A DNA stretch of 64,000 nucleotides from Candidatus Moraniibacteriota bacterium (GCA_017983435.1 JAGOBM010000002.1:33414-97413); one strand, 5' to 3'. Shown: positions 38,839-49,465, counted from the first letter of the stretch. Numbers and translations are program-made. Notes: generated by a model not told the origin, from the sequence alone.

Positions 38839-40107
38839 ATGAAATACCAGAAAACAACCCTCAACAACGGACTGCGCATCATCTTGGCGCCGATGCAGGA
38901 AGCGGAAACAGTGACGGTAATGGTGATGACCGGTGTTGGCTCACGCTACGAGTCGAAGAAGGAAAACGGTATCGCGCACTTCCTCGAGCACATGATGTTT
39001 AAGGGGACGGAGAAGCGGCCGACCGCGCACGATATCTCGAAGGAACTCGACGGGATCGGAGCGGAGTACAATGCTTTCACCGGTAAGGAATATACCGGTT
39101 ACTATGCCAAGGTAGCGGCGACGCACGCCGAGACCGCGCTCGATGTGGTGAGCGATATCTTCATGAATGCCAAGCTCGAGCAGGCGGAAATCAACCGGGA
39201 GCGGGGGACTATTCTCCAGGAGCTCAACATGTATGAGGACATGCCGATGCGGCATATCAATGACCTCTGGGAGATGCATCTTTACGGGGATCATCCGCTC
39301 GGCTGGGAGATCGTCGGGACCAAGGAGAATATCGGATCTTTCAAACGGGCTGATTTCGTGAAATATCTGCGGCGCGGATACGTATCGGAAAACGTCGTGG
39401 TCGGTATCGCGGGCAACTTCGATTCGAAGAAGATGAAAAAGGAAATCGAGGCGCGCTTCGGTCATATCGGCCATGGCAAGAAGCCGGTGTCGAAGAAAGC
39501 CAATGACAAACAGTCGGCGCCCGGGCTCTTCATCCAGACCAAGAAGACCGATCAGACACATATGATACTCGGCGTGCGTGCCTATGATATGTGGAACCAG
39601 GACCGTTTCGCGCTGTCGGTGCTCGCGACGCTCCTCGGCGGCGGTATGTCGAGCCGACTCTTCATCCAGGTGCGGGAACGCCGCGGACTAGCGTACAGCG
39701 TGCATACGGGAGTCGATACCTATATCGATGCCGGTTATCTCGCGACCCAGGTCGGCGTGGAGCACAAGAATCTCGAAGAGACCATCCGGGTGATCCTCGA
39801 TGAATACAAGAAGATCGCGACTGAAAAAGTGGACAAAGAAGAGCTTGCCAAAGCGAAAGAATATATCAAAGGCAAGATCGCTATGGGCTTCGAAGGTTCG
39901 GATGATGTGATCGAGTACCTGGTGACGCAGGAGGTCTCCCGCGGGGAGGTGGTGCTGCCGAAGGAGAAGATGAAGCAGATCGACCGGGTGACCGCCGATG
40001 ATATCCTGCGGGTGGCTCAGGATATATTCGTCAACAAGAAGCTCAACCTGACCATCATCGGTCCGCATACGAATCCGAAGAAACTTGAGAAACTCTTGAC
40101 GTTCTAA
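38839..40107 (+). CDS. M16-family zinc peptidase (insulinase-like)
   Basis: HFLEHMMFKGT is the inverted HxxEH zinc motif, and ...EY... carries the second Glu ligand. Confidence 0.85.
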   Translation: MKYQKTTLNNGLRIILAPMQEAETVTVMVMTGVGSRYESKKENGIAHFLEHMMFKGTEKRPTAHDISKELDGIGAEYNAFTGKEYTGYYAKVAATHAETALDVVSDIFMNAKLEQAEINRERGTILQELNMYEDMPMRHINDLWEMHLYGDHPLGWEIVGTKENIGSFKRADFVKYLRRGYVSENVVVGIAGNFDSKKMKKEIEARFGHIGHGKKPVSKKANDKQSAPGLFIQTKKTDQTHMILGVRAYDMWNQDRFALSVLATLLGGGMSSRLFIQVRERRGLAYSVHTGVDTYIDAGYLATQVGVEHKNLEETIRVILDEYKKIATEKVDKEELAKAKEYIKGKIAMGFEGSDDVIEYLVTQEVSRGEVVLPKEKMKQIDRVTADDILRVAQDIFVNKKLNLTIIGPHTNPKKLEKLLTF

Positions 40108-40260
40108 AGCACAGATACAAAAAACACAGAATGCCAAACAAAACACAGGAGCAAAAATATCAAAACACAGATTGCTTATCAGGAGGTTTGTGTGCTGTGT
40201 TTTAAAAAATTGTGCTTTGTTTGGTTTTTGTGTTTTGATGATTGTGATTTCAGAAAAAAT

Positions 40261-41286
40261 ATGACTATCGATGAACGGGTAGAGATCGGTACGAAATTGC
40301 TTGTCCGTGCGGCGCTCTTGGTCGGCGGCGTGTATGCGCTCTATCTCTTGCGCGATGTCGTACTTCTGGTGCTCCTGGCCGTGCTGACGGCGGCGGCACT
40401 CACGCCAGCGGTCAACAAGCTGCGGGCCAGAGGACTTTCCCGTACGGCGGCGGTGATCATCATCTACGCTGTGCTGTTCCTCGGGGGAGTCGCGCTGCTC
40501 ATGGTGTTCATTCCGGTGTTCTTCTCGGAAATCAAGGAGTTCCTCGGTAATTGGCCGAAGTACTCCGAACGTCTCGGCGTGTTCTTCTCCGGCATCGAAG
40601 CCTATATGCAGGCGCTCGGATTCGTCTTCGATAAGCAGGCATTCTTCACGGATATCGAGGGATCGATCGGCAGCTGGTTCGGCGGGCTGTTCTCGACGAC
40701 GATCAATCTCTTCCAGGGGTTCATCCACGCGATCGGCTTCTTCTTCCTCGCGCTCTACCTGTCGCTCGAGGAGAAAGGCATCGAGAAATTCTTCCTCATG
40801 CTGACGCCGGATCAGTATCATGACCACGCGCTCTCCATCGCGTCGCGCATGCAGGGCAAGGTGAGCCAGTGGCTGTTCGGCCAGGCGATACTCATGCTCA
40901 TCGCGTTTACGATCTACTATATCGGTCTCTCGATTATCGGTGTACCGTACGCGCTGGCCATCGCCTTCTTCGGCGGACTGATGGAAATCCTGCCGTACAT
41001 CGGACCGGTGCTTGCGGCCGTGCCGGCTATCCTGGTTGGCCTGCTCTATTCCCCGGGCCTCGGATTTGCCGCTCTCATCTTCTATCTCATCGCCCATCAG
41101 GTGGAAGCGCATATCGTCGCTCCGCAGGTCATGAAGCGATCGGCTGATCTCAATCCGGTCGCGCTCATCATCGCTATCCTCATCGGTATAGAGCTTGGCG
41201 GACCGCTCGGCGTCATCCTGGCTGTACCGGTGACGATGATGCTCTCGGTGTTCGTCGAAGATATTATGATCAAGCGAAACGCTTAG
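40261..41286 (+). CDS. AI-2E family transporter (UPF0118/PerM-like permease)
   Basis: It has eight TM helices, and AHQVEAHIVAPQVMKRSADLNPVALIIAILIGIELGGPLGVILAVPV is the family C-terminal block. Confidence 0.8.
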   Translation: MTIDERVEIGTKLLVRAALLVGGVYALYLLRDVVLLVLLAVLTAAALTPAVNKLRARGLSRTAAVIIIYAVLFLGGVALLMVFIPVFFSEIKEFLGNWPKYSERLGVFFSGIEAYMQALGFVFDKQAFFTDIEGSIGSWFGGLFSTTINLFQGFIHAIGFFFLALYLSLEEKGIEKFFLMLTPDQYHDHALSIASRMQGKVSQWLFGQAILMLIAFTIYYIGLSIIGVPYALAIAFFGGLMEILPYIGPVLAAVPAILVGLLYSPGLGFAALIFYLIAHQVEAHIVAPQVMKRSADLNPVALIIAILIGIELGGPLGVILAVPVTMMLSVFVEDIMIKRNA

Positions 41287-41320
41287 AATAGAATATCGAA
41301 TATTGAATAGAGAATATGGA
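41285..41320 (+). repeat. GAATA-family repeat element overlapping the rsmI start codon
   Basis: AGAATAGAATATCGAATATTGAATAGAGAATATGGA. The ATG of rsmI lies inside the motif. Confidence 0.55.
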
Positions 41321-41996
41321 ACAAGAAAGAATTGGAACCCTATATATCGTCGCGACCCCTATCGGCAATCTGGGGGATATCACGCTGCGCGCGCTCGAGA
41401 CGCTCAAAGCGGTCGACGCGGTGCTCTCCGAAGATACCCGGGTAACCGGGAAGCTCCTGATGCATTATGAAATCAAGAAATCACTCATCTCGTGTCATGA
41501 ACACACGGATGATACGAAACTCGGGCAGATCGTCGCTCGCCTGACCCGCGGAGAGTCGCTCGCTTTCGTCTCCGATGCTGGGACGCCGGGACTCTCCGAT
41601 CCGGGCAACAAGCTGGTCTCGCTCGCTCTCGCCGCTGGAATCCCGGTCGTGCCGATTCCGGGTGTGTCGGCGCTCGCCGCCATGGTGTCGGTCGCGGGCA
41701 TCGATATGCGCGAGTTCATGTTTCTCGGCTTCCCGCCGCACAAGAAGGGACGTGAGACGTTTTTCAAAAAAGTCGCTGCTACCGAGATACCGGTTGTCTA
41801 CTACGAATCGGTACACCGCGTCGTGAAGAATCTCGAGCTGCTCGAGACGCTTGCTCCCGAGTCCCGAGTCATCATCGGCCGCGAGCTGACCAAGATGTTC
41901 GAAGAAGTTCGCCGCGGCAGCGTGTCCGATATCCTCGCGCACTATCGCGAGCACGAGAGCACAGTCAAAGGGGAATTCGTCGTGATCGTGTATTAA
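41316..41996 (+). CDS. rsmI: 16S rRNA (cytidine1402-2'-O)-methyltransferase
   Basis: GTLYIVATPIGNLGDITLRALETLKAVDAVLSEDTR is the tetrapyrrole-methylase fold of RsmI. Confidence 0.85.
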   Translation: MEQERIGTLYIVATPIGNLGDITLRALETLKAVDAVLSEDTRVTGKLLMHYEIKKSLISCHEHTDDTKLGQIVARLTRGESLAFVSDAGTPGLSDPGNKLVSLALAAGIPVVPIPGVSALAAMVSVAGIDMREFMFLGFPPHKKGRETFFKKVAATEIPVVYYESVHRVVKNLELLETLAPESRVIIGRELTKMFEEVRRGSVSDILAHYREHESTVKGEFVVIVY

Positions 41997-42050
41997 AAAA
42001 AGAAGAAACCCGGTCGCGATGGATCGGGTTTGGTGTGGGGCGTGAATGGT

Positions 42051-42215
42051 TCAGCGGAGAATCGTCGTAGCGATCCAATCGAACCAGTCACGGCTGGCGA
42101 GAGTGCAATTGCCGCCGGTAGAACAGTCGGCGCTCAGGATGGTGTAGCCAAGGGCTACGAGAACGACAGAAGCGATAACTGCGAACTTGCGGTCTTTTGC
42201 GATGGCGTTGGCCAT
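42051..42215 (-). CDS. Small exported or membrane peptide (54 aa, 2 Cys)
   Basis: MANAIAKDRKFAVIASVVLVALGYTILSADCSTGGNCTLASRDWFDWIATTILR. Its ATG is preceded by a GAGAGGAG RBS on the minus strand. Confidence 0.4.
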   Translation of the reverse strand: MANAIAKDRKFAVIASVVLVALGYTILSADCSTGGNCTLASRDWFDWIATTILR

Positions 42216-42289
42216 GGTACTCTCCTCTATGTAAAGAACTAAGTATCTACCATTATATACTATAAATATCATTCTGTCAATACTAAGCT

Positions 42290-43720
42290 ATGAACAATAC
42301 CTCAAATAAGCCTTTTTATATCACTACGACCCTGCCGTACGTGAATGGCCGGCCGCATCTCGGTTATGCGCTCGAGGTGGTACAGGCGGATGTCATCGCT
42401 CGGGCTGCCCGATCAGCCGGATCGGAAGTAGTATTTAATATCGGTACCGATGAACATGGGCAGAAGATCTATCAGAAGGCGACCGAAGAGGGGGTGACGC
42501 CGCAGGAGTACTGCGATCGCATGGCGGAGCCGTTTCGGGCGCTCCGTGAGACGCTCGATGTGAGTTATACGCATTTTGTCCGGACGACCGACGAGCAGCA
42601 TGTCGCGGCGGCCCAGGAGTTCTGGCGGCGCTGCGCGGAGAGCGGAGATATCTATAAGCAGCAGTACCAGACCAAGTACTGTGTCGGATGCGAGATGGAG
42701 AAGACGGATTCGGATCTCGATCATGGTGTCTGCCCGGATCATCCGAAGATGGAGATTGAGCTGGTCGAGGAGGAGAACTATTTCTTCCGATTCTCGAAAT
42801 ATCAGGAAGCGCTGCTCAGGCTGTATACGGAGCGTCCGGATTTCGTCGTGCCGGCCAATCGTTTGGCGGAAATCAAGAATTTCGTCGAAGGCGGGCTGCA
42901 GGATTTCAGCATTTCCCGTCTCGCCAGCAAGATGCCGTGGGGGATACCGGTGCCGGGGGACGAGGAACATGTCATGTACGTCTGGTTCGATGCGCTCGTG
43001 AACTATATCTCGACGCTCGGCTGGCCGGCTGCGGGATCAGATTTCGAGAAATTTTGGCCGGGGCTGCAGATCGCGGGTAAAGACAATCTCCGCCAACAGT
43101 CTGCTATGTGGCAGGCGATGCTCTTGTCTGCCGGGATCGCCCCATCGGAGCAGATACTGATCCATGGTCATATCATGGTGGCCGGGCAGAAGATGTCGAA
43201 GAGTCTGGGCAATGTCATCTCGCCGGATGAGCTGATCGAGAAATTCGGCAAGGATGGTACCCGGTACCTGCTGCTTTCATCGGGCAATCTGGAGAATGAT
43301 CCGGATATCACACTGGAACGGCTGGCAGAAAAATACAATGCCGATCTGGCCAACGGGCTGGGCAATCTCGCGAGCCGCTTGGTGAAGCTATCGGAGCGCT
43401 TGAGCGAGGACACAGTGCCAGTAGCTCTGGCTATCGAATATCCGGAAGCGCTCAGTCAGCTGATCGCCAAGTATCGTCTTGCGGATGCGCTCGAGTGGAT
43501 CATCGAGCGGACACGCGCGCTAGACAAATCCATTGCCGAACAGAAACCATGGGAGCTTGCAAAGACAGATGTGGTAGAATTTGAGAAAGCGATGAGGCTC
43601 TTCCTCGATGAGCTCGCGTTGATCGCTCTCTGTCTCAGGCCGTTTTTGCCGGAGACCGGGGAGAAGATCGCGCAGGCTCTGAGAGAGAGGAAGACCGAAC
43701 CGCTCTTCGCTCGTATCTAA
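42290..43720 (+). CDS. metG: Methionyl-tRNA synthetase (short form lacking a C-terminal tRNA-binding domain)
   Basis: TTLPYVNGRPHLGYA is the HIGH variant, KMSKSLGNV is present, and a Zn knuckle has the pattern CVGC...C. Confidence 0.9.
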   Translation: MNNTSNKPFYITTTLPYVNGRPHLGYALEVVQADVIARAARSAGSEVVFNIGTDEHGQKIYQKATEEGVTPQEYCDRMAEPFRALRETLDVSYTHFVRTTDEQHVAAAQEFWRRCAESGDIYKQQYQTKYCVGCEMEKTDSDLDHGVCPDHPKMEIELVEEENYFFRFSKYQEALLRLYTERPDFVVPANRLAEIKNFVEGGLQDFSISRLASKMPWGIPVPGDEEHVMYVWFDALVNYISTLGWPAAGSDFEKFWPGLQIAGKDNLRQQSAMWQAMLLSAGIAPSEQILIHGHIMVAGQKMSKSLGNVISPDELIEKFGKDGTRYLLLSSGNLENDPDITLERLAEKYNADLANGLGNLASRLVKLSERLSEDTVPVALAIEYPEALSQLIAKYRLADALEWIIERTRALDKSIAEQKPWELAKTDVVEFEKAMRLFLDELALIALCLRPFLPETGEKIAQALRERKTEPLFARI

Positions 43721-43736
43721 ACTAATACACAAGCAT

Positions 43737-44177
43737 ATGTCGTCATTCGAAATGCCGATTTTCAGAAAAAAAGAGACCGCTCCTCGTCCGGCACCGGTCG
43801 AAGCGCTCGCTTCGGAAGCGCTGCATGACCGTGCGGTCTATACGACGATGGACGGCCGTCCGACCGCGACTGAGCGGGAGCGCTTCGTGCAGTCTCTCCG
43901 GCAGGACGAGTCGGCGGGGGAAGCGATCGCCGGGGAGCAGGAGTGGGCTGCTGGACAGAAAGAAGAGGGGCCAGACGATGCCGAGAAGACAGCTGATCTC
44001 GAGCGTATCGTCGCGCTCAGCCAGGAGAAATTCGCGCTGATCGAGAAATGGAAGGGCCGGGTTGATCATACAAATCCTGAATACCTGGAAGACATGCGGA
44101 AGCTCGCGACGATTATTTCTGAATCAGTCCGTCTCGAGATGAAGAGCGCGCTCGGCCGCGACCAGCTCGATTCCTAG
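43737..44177 (+). CDS. Hypothetical acidic protein (146 aa)
   Basis: No family was recognised. It sits between metG and tatD in the same orientation. Confidence 0.45.
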   Translation: MSSFEMPIFRKKETAPRPAPVEALASEALHDRAVYTTMDGRPTATERERFVQSLRQDESAGEAIAGEQEWAAGQKEEGPDDAEKTADLERIVALSQEKFALIEKWKGRVDHTNPEYLEDMRKLATIISESVRLEMKSALGRDQLDS

Positions 44178-44196
44178 GGAGTTTATCTTATACTGT

Positions 44197-45219
44197 ATGT
44201 TCGATGTCCATGCCCATCTGCACGACGAGGCTTTTGTCGGGGATCGTGATGCTACGGTTGATCGGGCGCGGGCCGTCGGGCTGGAGGATATCGTGACGAT
44301 TGGTACGGATCCGGAGGAGAATCGTCGGGCGGTCGCCTGTGCCGAAGCGTATCCTGATGTGTGGGCCAGCGTCGGTCTGCATCCGCATTTCTTTGACGAA
44401 GAATATAGAATATGGAATGAAGAATATGGAGGGAAAATACCAGTACGAAACGAGACAGAAAAAGAGAGTCCTATTCAATATTCAACATTCGATATTCTCT
44501 TCGGAGACAAAGGGCGTATTCGAGAATATGTCGCGCAATTGAGAAAAGTCGCTGAAAGTTCGAGTAAGGTCATAGCTATCGGGGAGTGCGGTCTGGATTA
44601 TTACAGGCGCCAGTCAGCAGATAGCAATCAACAGGAAACGATTACAGAGGAGCAGAAGGCGTTCCAGCGGGAAGGATTTCTGGCGCAGATAGCTATCGCG
44701 GAAGATCTCGGTTTGCCGCTCATCGTCCATACCCGTCCCTCTCTGGGTTCGATGCCCGCCCGCAACGATCCGCAAGCGAAGCGTAGCGATTCGGGCGGAG
44801 ATGCCTATGAAGATGTGTTTCTTATACTAAAATCTAAAATCACTGCCCGTCCGGCAGGCGGGAAAAATCTAAAATCAGTAGTGCTTCACTGTTATATGGG
44901 TGACCTCTCAGTGACGGAAAAATTCCTCAGTTTGCCGGGAGTGCACTTCTCTTTTACCGGCAATATCACCTACAAGGTCAAGGAGGGATCGGATCGCGAT
45001 GAGACGCTCCGGATGATTCCGATCGAGCGGATGCTCTCGGAGACCGATTGCCCGTACCTCGCGCCGGTGCCGTATCGGGGGCAGCGCAATGAGCCGGCCT
45101 ATGTGGCGGAAGTCGTGCGCCGTATCGCTCTCATGCAGCAGATGACGTATACTGAGGCTGAGGAGCAGATCGGGATCAATACCCGACGCGTGTTTCCCCG
45201 TATGTTTGAAACCGTATAA
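44197..45219 (+). CDS. tatD: TatD-family metal-dependent hydrolase (DNase)
   Basis: MFDVHAHL...AIGECGLDYY...HCY...SETDCPY are the TatD motifs. It carries a roughly 35-aa in-frame insertion encoded by a GAATA-family inverted-repeat element. Confidence 0.85.
   Translation: MFDVHAHLHDEAFVGDRDATVDRARAVGLEDIVTIGTDPEENRRAVACAEAYPDVWASVGLHPHFFDEEYRIWNEEYGGKIPVRNETEKESPIQYSTFDILFGDKGRIREYVAQLRKVAESSSKVIAIGECGLDYYRRQSADSNQQETITEEQKAFQREGFLAQIAIAEDLGLPLIVHTRPSLGSMPARNDPQAKRSDSGGDAYEDVFLILKSKITARPAGGKNLKSVVLHCYMGDLSVTEKFLSLPGVHFSFTGNITYKVKEGSDRDETLRMIPIERMLSETDCPYLAPVPYRGQRNEPAYVAEVVRRIALMQQMTYTEAEEQIGINTRRVFPRMFETV
44398..44502. repeat. GAATA-family inverted-repeat element inserted in-frame within tatD
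   Basis: The arms are GAAGAATATAGAATATGGAATGAAGAATATGGAG (44398-44431) and CCTATTCAATATTCAACATTCGATATTCTCTTC (44470-44502). The reading frame is preserved. Confidence 0.65.
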
Positions 45220-45231
45220 GCAGTCAATCCT

Positions 45232-45594
45232 ATGTTCGATATGTCTGAGCAGCCAGCGAAGAGCGAAAGTGTGAAAGACCCGAAGATCAATCCGGATGGG
45301 AGCGTCGGCACGTCGGCGGAGCTCCAGCCGCTGGTGGCTTCGTATGAAGCGGATCGGAAGGCAGAGGCGGTACGCGAGCGCGAGTCGATCATCGGAGAGC
45401 CGGTGATGTCATCGGCGATCGGATCGGAACATATCCATCTGGGTGCTGTTGCAGACGAAGTGTCAGATGAGGCGGCTACTGAGCAGGCGGAGCAGCAGAT
45501 GAAAATGAGCATGCAGGCGTTTTTCGAAGCGAGCAAGGCCAAGGCGGAAGCAGAAGCCGAGGAGAAAGGCGACAATCAGGCGACGCAGCTTTGA
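45232..45594 (+). CDS. Hypothetical acidic protein upstream of the ATP synthase operon
   Basis: It is 120 aa and Glu/Ala-rich, with no recognised family. Confidence 0.4.
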   Translation: MFDMSEQPAKSESVKDPKINPDGSVGTSAELQPLVASYEADRKAEAVRERESIIGEPVMSSAIGSEHIHLGAVADEVSDEAATEQAEQQMKMSMQAFFEASKAKAEAEAEEKGDNQATQL

Positions 45595-45802
45595 CTTTTA
45601 GCGGATGCAGAGTATAATGGGAGGCGTTTAGAGGCCCGCCTGCGACGCTGTGCTTCAGAAAAAAGCATAGAAGCGTGCAGGTTTTTTCTTCAATATGAAA
45701 GGGGTGGTATAAACGGCGGAGCATGACGGGCAAGCCCACCTGCAACGTTGTAGCACTGCGGGTAAACTTGTAAGCGCCCCTTTTCTTTTTGAAATAGATG
45801 CT

Positions 45803-46558
45803 ATGGAAATCTCAATCGCGGCAGAAAAACTCTTCACTCTCGGTGCGCTCCCGGTCACGAACGCTCTTCTGATCGGCGCCTTGGTCAGCGCTTTTTTGAT
45901 CGTACTGACGCAGAAAGTACTGTCGTCCTGGCAGGAAGTGCCGCGTGGCGCGCAGAATCTGCTCGAAGCGGCTATCGATGGCGTGGTCGACATCCTGGAT
46001 GGCATCATGCAGGACCGGGCGCTCTCCAAGAGATTTTTCCCGCTGATCGCGACTATTTTCCTGTTTATCCTCTTCTCCAACTGGGCGGGGCTCTTGCCGG
46101 GTCTTGGGACCATCGGTCTCCAGCATGAGAATGCGGCCGGGCATGCGACGATCATCCCGTTTCTCCGGAGCACCTCAGCTGACCTCAATTTTACCCTCGG
46201 TCTCTCGCTTGCGGTCGTCATCGCGATCCAGGTGACGGGTATCCTGGCGCTTGGTGTCCGCGGATATGCGGCGAAATTCTTCATCGCGCCGTGGCACAAG
46301 CCATACGGTATCGGGACGATGCTTGGTCTTTTGGAGCTCGTGTCGGAGTTCGCCAAGATTCTCTCATTTGCCTTCCGGTTATTCGGCAACGTGTTTGCGG
46401 GGGAAATCCTCCTGACGGTCATGCTCCATCTCGCGCCGTATGTCGTTCCATTGCCGTTCCTCGCGCTCGAAATATTCGTCGGCTTCATCCAGGCGGCGGT
46501 ATTTGCGATGCTGACGGCGGTGTTCCTCAAGATGGCGACGGTGCCGGCGGAGCACTGA
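45803..46558 (+). CDS. atpB: F0F1 ATP synthase subunit a
   Basis: LSFAFRLFGNVFAGEILL contains the essential Arg motif. Confidence 0.9.
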   Translation: MEISIAAEKLFTLGALPVTNALLIGALVSAFLIVLTQKVLSSWQEVPRGAQNLLEAAIDGVVDILDGIMQDRALSKRFFPLIATIFLFILFSNWAGLLPGLGTIGLQHENAAGHATIIPFLRSTSADLNFTLGLSLAVVIAIQVTGILALGVRGYAAKFFIAPWHKPYGIGTMLGLLELVSEFAKILSFAFRLFGNVFAGEILLTVMLHLAPYVVPLPFLALEIFVGFIQAAVFAMLTAVFLKMATVPAEH

Positions 46559-46713
46559 TCCAGTCAATAGTCAACACAAAACGATTAACAGTCAACAAAA
46601 AACAGTCAACGGGGAGAAATGGTATTTCGGTTATACGTTGTCTGTTATGTGTTAATTGGAAACGGTTGGACAGATAAGTAGAAAGGCTCTATAATGGGTA
46701 ATCGTTAACGTAA

Positions 46714-46962
<249 letters not shown>

Positions 46963-46987
46963 TCTTACTCGTCATCGGTCAGGCTCT

Positions 46988-47437
46988 ATGGATGCTCTCG
47001 CTAACCTCGGTATCGATATCAAGCTTCTCGCAGCACAGATAATCAACTTTGTGCTGCTGATGTTTATCTTGAAGCGTTACGCTTATCAGCCGATGCTCCG
47101 GCTGATGGATGAGCGTGCAGCCAAGATCGAGAAGGGTCTCAAGGATGCCGAGGCAGCGGAGCAGAAGCTCCGATCGATCGAGGAAGAGGAGAAAACGATA
47201 CTGGCCGGTGCCCGGCAGCAGGCCAAGGAGCTCTTGGTCGAGACGGACAAGGCTGCCAAGGAGCGGGATGCCCTCAAGCTCTCCGAGACTGAGGCGCGCG
47301 TGAAGAAGCTCTTCTCCGATGCGGAAGTGAAGCTCGAGGATGACCGGACGAGGATGATCGAAGATGCCAAGCGCGAGCTCTCCGAGACCGTGATGCTGGC
47401 AGTGGAGAAAATCCTCAAAGAGAAGACTGAAAAATAA
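46988..47437 (+). CDS. atpF: F0F1 ATP synthase subunit b
   Basis: A single N-terminal TM segment is followed by a long charged helix. Confidence 0.85.
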   Translation: MDALANLGIDIKLLAAQIINFVLLMFILKRYAYQPMLRLMDERAAKIEKGLKDAEAAEQKLRSIEEEEKTILAGARQQAKELLVETDKAAKERDALKLSETEARVKKLFSDAEVKLEDDRTRMIEDAKRELSETVMLAVEKILKEKTEK

Positions 47438-47466
47438 ATGAATCGGTTAGACCTACCGCACCGGCT

Positions 47467-47868
47467 ATGAGAGTATCGATCCGACAATACGCAGGGGCTC
47501 TGCTCGATCTCGAGCGGGGGCTGACTCCGGAACAGGCAGCCGGAGCGGCGGAGCGTTTCGCTTCGTGGCTCAAGCGTCGTGGTGAAGCGAAGAAGCTCCC
47601 GGCGATCGTCACAGAGGCTGAGCGCCTGATTCAGGAGCGTGCCGGTCAGGTCGATGTGGAGATATGCTCGGCGCGTGCGGCCGGGGCGGAGATGAAACAG
47701 TCGCTTATCCGTGAGGCGGAGGGGATTTTTCCGGGAAAAAAGATAGCGGTGAAATTTGCTACGGATGAGACGCTCATCGGCGGAGCGCGATTCAGGAGTG
47801 AAGAGACGCTGTATGACGCCTCGCTGCGGGCGGCAGTGAAGCGTATGCGGGCGAGCCTCATGCAATAA
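47467..47868 (+). CDS. atpH: F0F1 ATP synthase subunit delta (short form)
   Basis: Its position is between atpF and atpA. The helical OSCP-like N-terminus is present, but the protein is 133 aa against the usual roughly 180. Confidence 0.75.
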   Translation: MRVSIRQYAGALLDLERGLTPEQAAGAAERFASWLKRRGEAKKLPAIVTEAERLIQERAGQVDVEICSARAAGAEMKQSLIREAEGIFPGKKIAVKFATDETLIGGARFRSEETLYDASLRAAVKRMRASLMQ

Positions 47869-47942
47869 TCGGTTAGATTGTTTTCTCGTTCAATGGTCGG
47901 AAGACCCTGGAGCGCGAAAGTCATGTAATCACACACAACCGT

Positions 47943-49442
47943 ATGTCCAATCCATTGATTGAAGAACTCAAGAAGCATATCGCAGAGTTTCATCATGAGC
48001 CGAAAGCGGAAGCGATCGGATCGGTGCTGGAGGTCGGTGACGGCGTCGCCCGTGTCTCGGGTCTGTCTGACGCGATGGCATCTGAAATGATTGAGTTCGA
48101 GAACGGTGCTTTTGGCGTCGCGCTCAACCTGGAAGAGGGAGAGGCAGGCATCATGCTGCTCGGTGAGACCGGCGATATCAAGGAAGGCATGATCGCCAAG
48201 TCGACCGGCCGCATCCTCTCGGTGCCGGTATCGGACCAGCTGATCGGGCGTGTCGTGAATCCGCTCGGAGAGGCGATCGATGGCAAAGGGAAGCTTGAAG
48301 CGACTGCTTACTATCCGGTTGAGAAGATAGCGCCGGGTGTCATTACCCGTCAGTCAGTGAACCAGCCGCTCCAGACCGGTATCAAGGCGATCGACGCCCT
48401 CATCCCCGTCGGCCGCGGACAGCGCGAGCTTATCATCGGCGATCGTCAGACTGGCAAGACGGCCATCGCGATCGATACGATCATCAACCAGAAGGGACAG
48501 GATATCGTCTGCATCTACGTGGCTATCGGACAGAAGGAATCCAAGGTCGCCCGTATCGTTGCCGAGCTTGAGAAGGCCGGAGCGATGGACTACACGATGG
48601 TGGTAGTCGCCGGAGCTTCCGAAGCGGCCGCGCTCTCATTCATCGCCCCGTACGCGGGCTGCGCGATGGGAGAATACTTCATGGACCAGGGCAAGGACGT
48701 GCTCGTGATCTACGATGACCTCTCGAAACACGCGGTGGCGTATCGCCAGATATCGCTCATCCTCCGCCGTCCGCCAGGACGCGAAGCCTATCCGGGCGAT
48801 GTCTTCTATCTGCATTCCCGTCTGCTCGAGCGGAGCGCGAAGCTCAATGCTGATTTCGGAGGTGGATCGCTGACGGCGCTGCCGATCATCGAGACGCAGG
48901 CCGGTGATGTCTCGGCCTATATTCCGACCAATGTCATCTCGATCACTGATGGTCAGATCTATCTCGAATCCGATCTGTTTTACAAAGGCATCCGCCCGGC
49001 ATTGAACGTCGGACTCTCGGTCTCGCGTGTCGGCTCAGCCGCCCAGATCAAGGCGATGAAGCAGGTGGCCGGGACGCTCCGTCTCGACCTCGCGCAGTTC
49101 CGCGAGCTCGAAGCTTTTGCGCAGTTCGGCTCCGATCTCGATGAGAAGACCCGGACGCAGATCGAGCGCGGCCGCCGTGCGGTGGAAATCCTGAAGCAGC
49201 CGCAGTACACGCCGCTGCCGGTCGAGAAAGAAGTCGCCGTCCTCTACGCGCTGACCCGCGGGCATCTCGACGATATCAAGGTCGAGGATCTCGGACAGTT
49301 TGAAAAAGAGTACTTCACCTATCTCGAGACGACGGGCAAGGAAGTGCTCGAAGCGATCGTGAAGGAACGGGCTCTGACGCCGGAAGTGGAAGAGCTCTTG
49401 AAGAAACATATTGCTAAATTTAAAGAGGGATTTGCGGTTTGA
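47943..49442 (+). CDS. atpA: F0F1 ATP synthase subunit alpha
   Basis: [18 protein letters not shown] is the P-loop, and the following sequence is canonical for the alpha subunit. Confidence 0.95.
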   Translation: MSNPLIEELKKHIAEFHHEPKAEAIGSVLEVGDGVARVSGLSDAMASEMIEFENGAFGVALNLEEGEAGIMLLGETGDIKEGMIAKSTGRILSVPVSDQLIGRVVNPLGEAIDGKGKLEATAYYPVEKIAPGVITRQSVNQPLQTGIKAIDALIPVGRGQRELIIGDRQTGKTAIAIDTIINQKGQDIVCIYVAIGQKESKVARIVAELEKAGAMDYTMVVVAGASEAAALSFIAPYAGCAMGEYFMDQGKDVLVIYDDLSKHAVAYRQISLILRRPPGREAYPGDVFYLHSRLLERSAKLNADFGGGSLTALPIIETQAGDVSAYIPTNVISITDGQIYLESDLFYKGIRPALNVGLSVSRVGSAAQIKAMKQVAGTLRLDLAQFRELEAFAQFGSDLDEKTRTQIERGRRAVEILKQPQYTPLPVEKEVAVLYALTRGHLDDIKVEDLGQFEKEYFTYLETTGKEVLEAIVKERALTPEVEELLKKHIAKFKEGFAV

Positions 49443-49465
49443 TAGGTTTTGAGAAATTAAAGACG

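Noticed and set aside
39688-41112. 474-aa ORF on the minus strand
   Set aside because: It is antisense to both the M16 peptidase gene and the AI-2E transporter gene. It is highly charged (E/R/D/H-rich) with no family resemblance.
47086-47865. 259-aa minus-strand ORF
   Set aside because: It is antisense to atpF/atpH, with an Arg/Ser-rich translation.
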